Shown here one piece after another: positions 7,260 to 14,548 of a stretch of DNA of 25,816 nt (position 1 is its first letter; each line of letters begins with the position of its first letter). The stretch comes from Minisyncoccota bacterium (lineage in GTDB: Bacteria; Patescibacteriota; Minisyncoccia; Phycocordibacterales; UBA2100): positions 1 through 25,816 of the forward strand of contig DATECE010000090.1 in assembly GCA_036516595.1 (NCBI GenBank), read 5' to 3'. Under the pieces are notes generated by a model. That model was given only the letters and a program-made list of their open reading frames with translations. It had not been told where the DNA came from and searched no databases. Made by a program: the position numbers and the translations under genes.

Positions 7260-8477
7260 ATGGAAACGCACGACACTCCCGAGAACAACGTATCCGAAGG
7301 CGTGCGCATATGGGCCGCGCGCAAGCGGGAATACACTGCAGTCTTGGTAGTCACTCTGGTGCTCGTTTCGGTGTACCTCGGTTCGGAAGTCGCAACGAGG
7401 CAGAGGGAGCGTGCGAGAGAGGCGAATGTCGCGAATCTCAAGGGGGCGATTGAACGATCGCTCGAGTTGCAGTACCAAGGTGACTTCGGGGCATCGGCGC
7501 AAAACGCAGAGTATGCACTTGCTCTGCTCGATGCGACTTCAAGTCTAGAGGCGCAGCGAACGATAACCGTTCTCGCCAACGCACATATTTGGTCCGCCGA
7601 GCTGGACAAGCACCTTGAAGCTGTGGATCTAGCGAAACAGCAACTACGTGACCTGCCAGGATCCCCTCGAAGTCAGGCATTTATCATAAATCGTCTCATC
7701 GGGTATATGACGGCGGCGATGGAGCCCGAGGTCATCGAGAGGGTGTTCACAGGCGAACCCTTCGCAGAACTCTACGATTCAGCGAGCGTCACGGACTCCA
7801 TTTTCAAGAACTTGGCAGGGGAGTCTCTTTCGCGATACCCCACCTTCCTCGCATATGCGTGCGTCGGCATTTGGCACGCCGAGAAGTTGTTCAAGCATTA
7901 CGATGGCATCGAGACTCTCTCGCAGGAAGAGATGCGCGAGGCTGTCTCGGGAGTGCAAGACGCTATTGCGAAAATGAACGGCATCATAGACGAGGAGTTG
8001 AAAGTAGATATCGTATACAAGCAAACAAGGCAAGCGCAATTCGATTACTATCAAGAGTTCCTCCACGGGGCGCTCGCGCTCACAGACCCAGCGTACCTTA
8101 CTGCGATGCAGGAAGCATACGAGCGTGTGCGTTCTGAGGTCGCGGCACAAAAAAATACCGCGGGCAACACGATAGCGCTCCTTGATACGCGCCTCGTATA
8201 CGCCGATTTCGCCTTCTCCACGTATGTAAACGCCGTCGCAGGCGAAAACCGTGCGAATGACGTACAGAGATCTCTGCAGGAGATGATCGACCTCATGACG
8301 GCGAATCCGGAGGCGCATCAGGGTGGCTTTCTTGCGTTCGTGCGTCAAACCGCGCGGAGCGGTCCGAACGGCACAGAGGGGCACGGACGCTGGTACAGCT
8401 ATGGGCGATTTAAGCGCATGGCAGATTTCTACCCACCGTTTAAAGATTTTCTTAATGCCAACGGATGGGGTCTGTAA
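7260..8477 (+). CDS. Single-pass membrane-anchored alpha-helical (TPR-like) hypothetical protein A, paralog of 14549-15670
   Basis: N-terminal TM (AVLVVTLVLVSVYLG) and helical composition. Colinear motif matches to protein B. Start METHDT at 7260, 5 nt after the peptide-1 stop. Confidence 0.8.
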   Translation: METHDTPENNVSEGVRIWAARKREYTAVLVVTLVLVSVYLGSEVATRQRERAREANVANLKGAIERSLELQYQGDFGASAQNAEYALALLDATSSLEAQRTITVLANAHIWSAELDKHLEAVDLAKQQLRDLPGSPRSQAFIINRLIGYMTAAMEPEVIERVFTGEPFAELYDSASVTDSIFKNLAGESLSRYPTFLAYACVGIWHAEKLFKHYDGIETLSQEEMREAVSGVQDAIAKMNGIIDEELKVDIVYKQTRQAQFDYYQEFLHGALALTDPAYLTAMQEAYERVRSEVAAQKNTAGNTIALLDTRLVYADFAFSTYVNAVAGENRANDVQRSLQEMIDLMTANPEAHQGGFLAFVRQTARSGPNGTEGHGRWYSYGRFKRMADFYPPFKDFLNANGWGL

Positions 8478-8522
8478 TGCCCGAAGCCTCTCTGCATATC
8501 GCTGTCGACCCGCTCACGAACA

Positions 8523-10268
8523 TCAAATAATTTTCTCGAGGCAGTAGATTTCGTTGGCGTAGGTGCTTAGAAAAAATCGTCCCGTTTTCGCGTTGTGGAA
8601 GACCCGATTTGTGATTCGTTCAGGCACGGTGAAGTAAGAGCGCTCTTTGCCCGTCTGCGGGTCAATCTCTGTGAGTCTGCCAGCGTTCGTGCCGATATAG
8701 AGACTGCCGTCGATGTGCACAGGCGTCGAGAAAATGCGAGCGTTTCCGTGCCAGCGCCACTGTTCGGTGTACGCATTGGCATCGATTGAATATAGATGCT
8801 TATCGAGTGAGGACACGAAGACATTCTCGCCGACGACAAGGGGAGTCGAATACACACCGAAATCGGTCTTGAAGAAACCATTTCGTATGCCGCGACGTCT
8901 ATCGATAAAATGCACCTCCCCGAGCATATTCCCAAAGATGACCTGATCACGTTTCTTGTCATATGCAAAGGAAGCTTTGATGTCGCCGTCGCAAAAACCC
9001 GAGTCGAGCGCGGGACCGGAAGGCGTGTAGCTCTCGTACTTCCATTTCAGCACGCCGCTTTGCGCATCGAAAAGATAAGCTGCACCGTCATTCGAACCGA
9101 TGATTACCTCGCGGTGCTCGCGGATGTAGAGCGGCGAAGAGTGTGTAAGGCTCGGCATAGTGTAACGCCACTTCGCCTCACCGGAATATGCGTCGAGCGC
9201 GATGATGCCGCCGCGCTTCCGCCACAAGCCAAACTCGAGCCCGATGTATACAAGCCCGAGATCATCCGCGACGGTGGGGGACGAGCCGACCCAGTCTGCT
9301 TCGAAAGACACCCAGCGTTTTTTGCCGTTTGTCACATCGAGCGCGTAGATGTTGCCGTCATAGGCGCCGAAATACACCATGTCACCGTAGAGGGCGGGCG
9401 AAGAAAAGATTCCTTTGCCGTGTGGGTGCAGACCCGTCTTGAACTCCCACTCGACGCGACCATCGGCTTGGTTAAGCGCGCGAAAGATTCCGCTGTCGGA
9501 ACCGACATAGAGACGTGTCTCGTCGAACGCGGGTTCCGATTTCGGCACCACGTGAAAATAGCTTGGCGCGGGCGCACTAAATCTCCAGAGCGTTTTATAG
9601 GCCTGTTTTGCGGAGGGAGTATCTTTGCGGGGCAGATTGTTCACTCCGAGCGCCTCTGAGAAGTCATTGAGCTCGAACGCCGAGCGCACCTCGACGCCTT
9701 CTTTTGCGAAGTACTCGTAGTATTCGGTATCTCGGAAACGCACGATGGCCCAGATAGCGGAAACTGTTTTGCCGGATTCTTTCAACACTTCAATTTGACG
9801 GATAAAGCTTCGGCCGCTGTTGAGGATGTCATCCACGAGCACGACGGGACTGTTGTCGGTGGCGTCGCCCTCAACCATTTTCATGAGCCCGGACTTTTTT
9901 CTCGATTTGCGGATGAAAAAACCGTTTGGTTTTCGCGGACCGCCGTGTTTTGCGGATAGGAGCACGAGAGCAGTGGCGAGCGGAATTCCACCAGATTCGA
10001 GACAGCCGATTTGTACGTCGTGATAGCCGTGAAATGTATCCCAAAAAATGGCGGCAGCATCATCAAGAATGTCTATATCGAAGAGTATGTTCCGGAGATC
10101 GAAAAGCCACTTTGATTCTTTTGTGTCGTCGCTTCTACTCACGATCTCCGCATCTGTCCCGCGCACAAAAGCACGCTCAGCAATCGCGCGCTTGATTCTC
10201 TCGAGGCGCTTCAGGCGCTCGCTGCTGTCCATGCGCCCAGTATACTCGTCCATTTCATGCGGAGTCAT
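8523..10268 (-). CDS. Fusion of an orotate-phosphoribosyltransferase-like type I PRTase and a PQQ-like (BamB-type) beta-propeller
   Basis: N-terminal IGCLESGGIPLA, FFIRKSRKKSG and VVLVDDILNSGRS (PRPP loop). C-terminal repeats such as SSPALYGDMVYFGAYDGNIYALDVTNGKKRW and GGIIALDAYSGEAKWRY. Confidence 0.85.
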   Translation of the reverse strand: MTPHEMDEYTGRMDSSERLKRLERIKRAIAERAFVRGTDAEIVSRSDDTKESKWLFDLRNILFDIDILDDAAAIFWDTFHGYHDVQIGCLESGGIPLATALVLLSAKHGGPRKPNGFFIRKSRKKSGLMKMVEGDATDNSPVVLVDDILNSGRSFIRQIEVLKESGKTVSAIWAIVRFRDTEYYEYFAKEGVEVRSAFELNDFSEALGVNNLPRKDTPSAKQAYKTLWRFSAPAPSYFHVVPKSEPAFDETRLYVGSDSGIFRALNQADGRVEWEFKTGLHPHGKGIFSSPALYGDMVYFGAYDGNIYALDVTNGKKRWVSFEADWVGSSPTVADDLGLVYIGLEFGLWRKRGGIIALDAYSGEAKWRYTMPSLTHSSPLYIREHREVIIGSNDGAAYLFDAQSGVLKWKYESYTPSGPALDSGFCDGDIKASFAYDKKRDQVIFGNMLGEVHFIDRRRGIRNGFFKTDFGVYSTPLVVGENVFVSSLDKHLYSIDANAYTEQWRWHGNARIFSTPVHIDGSLYIGTNAGRLTEIDPQTGKERSYFTVPERITNRVFHNAKTGRFFLSTYANEIYCLEKII

Positions 10269-10294
10269 GTCGTCAGTCGGCGCTCCGGCATCCC

Positions 10295-10323
10295 TTCACA
10301 TTGACTTCCGGTTGATTCATAAT
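10295..10323 (+). promoter_or_regulatory. sigma70-type promoter for the small Cys-rich peptide gene
   Basis: TTCACA (10295-10300), 17 bp, CATAAT (10318-10323). GAGGGAG RBS-like run lies before the ATG at 10382. Confidence 0.5.
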
Positions 10324-10381
10324 GCGTGGAGCTGGTCGCTGCGAAATCTCGCGGCGGGCTCGCTCAGAGGGAGTTATCCTG

Positions 10382-10591
10382 ATGCGCATCTTTGCCGTGG
10401 CTCTCATCGCAGGCGTTGTCCTCTCCTCGTTTGCGGCGCACGCTGCGCCGGCGAAGAAGGCGACACCCGCTCGAAGCGCAAACGCTGAATGTGTCGGCGG
10501 GAAATACGAAACCTGCGAGAGTCACTGGAGAAATCTGGGGTGGGCTACTCGCGAGCGTACTGCCTATTGCGGTCGCGTTTGCGGGAAGTAG
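10382..10591 (+). CDS. Small secreted basic peptide with 4 Cys
   Basis: MRIFAVALIAGVVLSSFAAHA signal peptide, then APAKKATPARSANAECVGGKYETCESHWRNLGWATRERTAYCGRVCGK. Flanked by promoter, RBS and terminator. Confidence 0.7.
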   Translation: MRIFAVALIAGVVLSSFAAHAAPAKKATPARSANAECVGGKYETCESHWRNLGWATRERTAYCGRVCGK

Positions 10592-10607
10592 AGGCCCGCG
10601 ACAATAT

Positions 10608-10643
10608 ATCTCCGCGACCAGTGCGTCGCGGAGATCGATTTTT
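10608..10643 (+). terminator. Rho-independent terminator
   Basis: 11-bp stem atctccgcgac / gtcgcggagat, followed by cgattttt. Confidence 0.65.
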
Positions 10644-10678
10644 AACAGGTGAAGTGCGCACGCCGTCCGAGGACCTAA

Positions 10679-11914
10679 TCACTCCCATCGGTCCCCGAAG
10701 AGTCCGAAGCGGTAATCAGGCAAGTCCGATTTGATGTCGCGGAAGGTGCGGTAGTTTTCCGCACAGACAGGATTTTCCCCACAGCGCGCGAGCAAACTCT
10801 CTTCAAAAAGCTGCCCAACGAACTGGAACACGTTGTAGTAGCAGATAGCGCGGCGATTTTTTTCTTCAATGCCGCTGCAATATGGCAGCGGGTCGTCTTT
10901 CAGAAAGGGAAAGAGCGGGATGATGCCGATAGTGCACGATGTTCGATCCTCAAAGAGTGGCAATTCGTCGCAGAGCGCGTGCAAAGCAGGTGCATCGTCA
11001 AGGCGGGTACCGTATGAGAATGATTGGAGACCGTATCCCTCGAAACAGAACGCACGTCGCTCTCCCGAAAGTGCAGTGCATTGTTCCCGCGCGGTGTCTT
11101 TACGCTGAGCAGAATCATCAGTAGCCGCATATGCGGAGGCAAAGTGAAAACACGCGTGACTGTAGCGCATCGGTGCGCTCTCGCAGGGGAAGAAGGTACT
11201 CGCTGTCACAGTGCCGGTCGCGCTTTGAAATGGGGAGAGCGCATCGGTCCAGCCGGTCATCTCCCCTGCGCGCTCCATGTAGACGCCCTGATAGCAGGCT
11301 TCTCGGGCATAACCGCTCGATACGCGTGCACATGTCGCGATTCCTTGTGGATCCTCTCCCTTCACGAGGTAGAGAATGTGACCGATGCCGTGGCAAAGTC
11401 CTGCACTCGAGGCACAATATTTCGATCCGATTTCTTCGATTGTCGCGATGTCCGCGTGGGCGATGTCCTCGTCAGGGTATTCCTCACCGAGTTCCGCGAG
11501 CACGCCGGCGCCGAGCGTACCGTGGAGGCAGGCCGCACGACACGCATTTGAGCACGCGGAAAGCGCGATTTCTAAAGCGCCCGCTTTTTTAAAATTTTCC
11601 TGTCCGATGATATGTCCGATAGCGTGGCATCGGTCGCGTATCGGCGCCGGCGTCGATTCCGCAACCGTATATGCCTGCAATGTCTTGGTGGACATATACG
11701 AAAGCAATTGCGGGATTGTTTCGTGGAGACATGCGGACGTTGTAGCAGGGTCTTCGAGGCACGAAAGCAGCGCTTCGGGCGATGGCGGTGCGGTGAAATA
11801 GGCGTAGAGACGCTCCGAAGTAGAGCCGAGCGCGTACGCCCCCCCAAATACGATGAGTGCGATGGATACTATGTGTATATAGGAGCGAAGCGGCGCATTC
11901 GATACAGCATTCAT
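10679..11914 (-). CDS. Membrane-anchored Cys/His-rich helical-repeat protein (CHxxGH motifs), function unknown
   Basis: N-terminal TM, 20 Cys counted, motifs RCHAIGHIIG, ACLHG, LCHGIGH and ACYQGVYME. TATAAT on the minus strand at 11929-11924 lies just upstream of the ATG. Confidence 0.8.
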   Translation of the reverse strand: MNAVSNAPLRSYIHIVSIALIVFGGAYALGSTSERLYAYFTAPPSPEALLSCLEDPATTSACLHETIPQLLSYMSTKTLQAYTVAESTPAPIRDRCHAIGHIIGQENFKKAGALEIALSACSNACRAACLHGTLGAGVLAELGEEYPDEDIAHADIATIEEIGSKYCASSAGLCHGIGHILYLVKGEDPQGIATCARVSSGYAREACYQGVYMERAGEMTGWTDALSPFQSATGTVTASTFFPCESAPMRYSHACFHFASAYAATDDSAQRKDTAREQCTALSGERRAFCFEGYGLQSFSYGTRLDDAPALHALCDELPLFEDRTSCTIGIIPLFPFLKDDPLPYCSGIEEKNRRAICYYNVFQFVGQLFEESLLARCGENPVCAENYRTFRDIKSDLPDYRFGLFGDRWE

Positions 11915-11962
11915 GTGATGTCGATTATACTCGGCCCCTCTCGGATGGCGAGCGGCGGGTGG

Positions 11963-13492
11963 TCAGGGGAAGGGATGAGGCCACGGGACGAAGTGTTCTG
12001 CTGGCGTATAGCCGAGCGTACGCGCGGCTTCTCGTAATCGCGTCGCACCAAGCGCTGGCAGGTGCTCGAACAGGTACAGAGGGATGAGACGCGGAACGAT
12101 GGTCTTTACCACGTGATAACCCAGCTCTCGGAGGACCTCGTGCTGCACTTCGTAGACGTACACTTCGTACCCAGCGCCTTTCTCTTTGAGCTTACCGAGC
12201 ACGTACGCAAGATGCGCCTCCGCCGAATCGTCCACCTGTATTGTGCGCGCAAACGTCTCGATGGACACGGCCCTTCCTTGGAGAAAAAAGGCGAACCGCT
12301 CAAGCATGTCCTTGCCGCGCCAAAGTGAGAGCCGTTCGCTCCGCCCGATTTTCTTGTCGGAAAAAGGTTTGTATTCCTTAGGGAGTCGGAACTGCTCAAG
12401 TTGAAGGGATGTGGTCAAGACTGCGAGCGCTTCGTATCCCGCATGCAGCATATTTCCCTCGGCGTCAATCCCCGCGGACGCGCCCATTGCGAGCACGGGA
12501 TCGTTGGCACGTGGGTCGATTATGACGCACAGAGCGGTAGGGATGCCGATGTCCGAGGTGATGTCGAGAAAATGCGCCTCGAGACCGTATCGCTCTGTAG
12601 CCGCGAGAAACTTGAACAACTCGGTATTTCGAGCGGAGCGCGCATCGATTCGATTCGGCGCGATGCCGTTCAGCCAGTAAATAAGAAAGCCGTCACGCTC
12701 GATGAGTTCGAGCAATCCAGAGAGTACCGCTTCCTTTTTTGTGAAGTGACCGCCCGCCCCACTCGTCGTTGTGTTGAGCAATACGGGCTCTTCCATATCG
12801 CGCGAGAAATCGTAATTCCAAAAGACCATCTGTGCCGGCACATGCACGACACCCCCGTCCATGCGCTCTGCAGTCACCCACGAAAATGGAGAGGAAGGAG
12901 AGACGTGCAAGCGCGGATTCGCCTCCACCTGCCATGGCAAGAACGTACTCTGCTCCGAGACATCGAGTACGGGTGAACCTGCGGCGCGCATTTCTGTACT
13001 CGTCATGCGTGGGAGCTTTTCGTTTCGGTAGAGCGTGAGGAAATGCCGCTCGAGCGCCTCACCGACGGATTTCGACATCGCAGTTTCCACAGAATGCGAG
13101 TGCGAAAATCCACCACCTTTTACATCGAGCCCGTCCGTGTCACGTTCGCGGTTTGTCTCGAGCCCGATTTGCCAGAACTTCGGAAGATCGTTATTGCTCT
13201 TAGCGAACCGGAAGTTCGGCGAGACGACGACGTTCTTTTTTTCTAGATATCGCAAAATCGCTTGCCAATTGAGTGGAACACCACTCGCGATGACCTGTGT
13301 CACGTTGTCCAAGAGGTCGACATTTGACATCTTTCCAGCGAGAAAAAGCCCGAGCCGCTCTTCAATACCGAGAGGATTTTTGAACCTTGAACACGGGCGG
13401 CCAAGCTCGGCGAGGGCCTCTCTTTTCGAGCGGTTGATATACGGTGGAAAGGCGAGAAAAGGCTGGTGCTGCAGCGTTTCTTCGAGGAGCAT
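11963..13492 (-). CDS. ycaO: YcaO-family ATP-dependent cyclodehydratase (azoline-forming type)
   Basis: SKSVGEALER, TTTSGAGGHFTKKEAVLSGLLELIERDGF (YcaO ATP-binding motif) and C-terminal PWPHPFP. Start placed at MLLEETL (13492), because the longer track ORF overlaps the SagB gene on the opposite strand. Confidence 0.95.
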   Translation of the reverse strand: MLLEETLQHQPFLAFPPYINRSKREALAELGRPCSRFKNPLGIEERLGLFLAGKMSNVDLLDNVTQVIASGVPLNWQAILRYLEKKNVVVSPNFRFAKSNNDLPKFWQIGLETNRERDTDGLDVKGGGFSHSHSVETAMSKSVGEALERHFLTLYRNEKLPRMTSTEMRAAGSPVLDVSEQSTFLPWQVEANPRLHVSPSSPFSWVTAERMDGGVVHVPAQMVFWNYDFSRDMEEPVLLNTTTSGAGGHFTKKEAVLSGLLELIERDGFLIYWLNGIAPNRIDARSARNTELFKFLAATERYGLEAHFLDITSDIGIPTALCVIIDPRANDPVLAMGASAGIDAEGNMLHAGYEALAVLTTSLQLEQFRLPKEYKPFSDKKIGRSERLSLWRGKDMLERFAFFLQGRAVSIETFARTIQVDDSAEAHLAYVLGKLKEKGAGYEVYVYEVQHEVLRELGYHVVKTIVPRLIPLYLFEHLPALGATRLREAARTLGYTPAEHFVPWPHPFP

Positions 13493-13551
13493 GCCGGCAG
13501 TATACCCCAAGCGATATTTGCTGACGGTGTGATCGGTTGTACGATGCCGAT
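13493..13551. promoter_or_regulatory. 59-bp back-to-back promoter region for ycaO and the SagB-type gene
   Basis: Minus strand: TATACT (13504-13499), 6 nt before the ycaO ATG. Plus strand: TTGCTG (13518-13523), 16 bp, TACGAT (13540-13545), 6 nt before the ATG at 13552. Confidence 0.5.
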
Positions 13552-14325
13552 ATGTATGTTGATTTCTCGGCGCTCTTCCACGCATCTTCAAAAGATTTGA
13601 ACGACAAGGGGCGTGTTTATATCCCACAAGATGCGAGCGCATGGCCGGACGAATGGAAAACGACCTACTACAAATCATATGCGCGCTCCCCGAAGATCCA
13701 GCTCGAGAAGCCTCGTGCGCTCGGGATGACGTTGGACGATATACTGAAAAAGAGGATTTCGACGAGGTCGTTTGCAGGCACACCGGTCGACCTGAAGGCG
13801 CTCTCAGGACTCCTATTTCACTCATGCGGCATCTCAAACGGAGAAAATCATGAGTGGGGGCGCATGTACCCGTCGGGAGGCGCTCGATTTCCCATCGAGA
13901 TATATCCAATCGTATTTGTCGGAGGAAAAGATATTCCGGCTGGCCTTTACCACTACAATGTGAAAGAGCACGCACTAGACGTTTTATGGAAGCGAGCATT
14001 CTCGAAAAAAGAGATTGACGAAATGTTTGTGTATCCGTGGGTAGAGCATGCGTCATTCGCAATCATCATGACCGCGGTTTTTGGCCGCAACCAGATGAAA
14101 TACGGTGAGCGCGGATACCGCTACGTACTGCTCGAGGCGGGGCACATGAGTGAGAATGTGTATTTGGCGGCGACGGCACTCGGTGTTGGATGCTGTGCAA
14201 TGGGTGGGACGCAGGACAAGCAGATTGAGCGGCTGCTCGACATTGATGGTATTACAGAATCTGTTATTCACAGCTTGGTCCTCGGCGAAGTGGGGTCGGC
14301 AAAACGTGCTATTATTCCCGCATGA
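13552..14325 (+). CDS. SagB/ThcOx-family FMN-dependent azoline dehydrogenase (nitroreductase fold)
   Basis: KKRISTRSF, RMYPSGGARFPIEIY, GLYHYNVKEHAL, MKYGERGYRYVLLEAGHMSENVYLAATALG. The KYGERGYRY segment is typical of azole-forming dehydrogenases. Confidence 0.93.
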   Translation: MYVDFSALFHASSKDLNDKGRVYIPQDASAWPDEWKTTYYKSYARSPKIQLEKPRALGMTLDDILKKRISTRSFAGTPVDLKALSGLLFHSCGISNGENHEWGRMYPSGGARFPIEIYPIVFVGGKDIPAGLYHYNVKEHALDVLWKRAFSKKEIDEMFVYPWVEHASFAIIMTAVFGRNQMKYGERGYRYVLLEAGHMSENVYLAATALGVGCCAMGGTQDKQIERLLDIDGITESVIHSLVLGEVGSAKRAIIPA

Positions 14326-14543
14326 TGGTGCACATGCAAGAGTCGTCACGACGCACCGTTCGCTACGTGCTGTACGGGATTGTCGCGGTCCTCGGCTTTA
14401 TCATCGCGTTCTTCGGCTCTGTGCCGCGCAGCGGCTCCCAATTGTTCGGTGAAGATGCTTCGGGTGCAAATACGGCGCACGCGGACGCGCCCGATGCTGG
14501 CAGCTCCCCCGGCACAGGAGGTACGGGAAGTACAGGAAGCTAG
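14322..14543 (+). CDS. Candidate RiPP precursor peptide 2 (TM leader, AHADAP motif, Gly/Ser/Thr core)
   Basis: ATGA overlap with the SagB stop. TM YVLYGIVAVLGFIIAFFG, then ...TAHADAP-DAGSSPGTGGTGSTGS. The start could also be the Met at 14325 or 14334. Confidence 0.75.
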   Translation: MMVHMQESSRRTVRYVLYGIVAVLGFIIAFFGSVPRSGSQLFGEDASGANTAHADAPDAGSSPGTGGTGSTGS

Positions 14544-14548
14544 CGATT

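Noticed and set aside
8523-10268. Calling the PRTase fusion pyrE
   Set aside because: It is fused to a beta-propeller with no pyr genes nearby. The fold is supported but the substrate is not.
11450-11461. AHAD tetrapeptide inside the Cys/His-rich protein (DIAHADIA)
   Set aside because: Internal position, no following Pro or Gly-rich core and no TM leader context. Probably chance.
10679-11914. Multiheme cytochrome interpretation of the Cys/His-rich protein
   Set aside because: No CxxCH motif is present. The His residues follow single Cys (CH..GH).
11963-13492. YcaO as a thioamide-forming (TfuA-associated) or RimO-associated enzyme
   Set aside because: No TfuA-like ORF is visible. The C-terminal PHPFP and the adjacent SagB-type dehydrogenase point to azol(in)e formation.
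13493-14062. 190-aa N-terminal extension of the YcaO ORF in the ORF track (start 14062)
   Set aside because: It overlaps the clearly real SagB-type gene on the opposite strand and reads as shadow sequence. A -10 box and ATG at 13492 give a better start.
13552-14325. Lower GC in the SagB gene as evidence of recent horizontal transfer
   Set aside because: Only two 60-nt lines were counted by hand (about 40-48% GC versus about 58% in one rpsC line). That is too little to support a claim without a sliding-window or codon-usage calculation.
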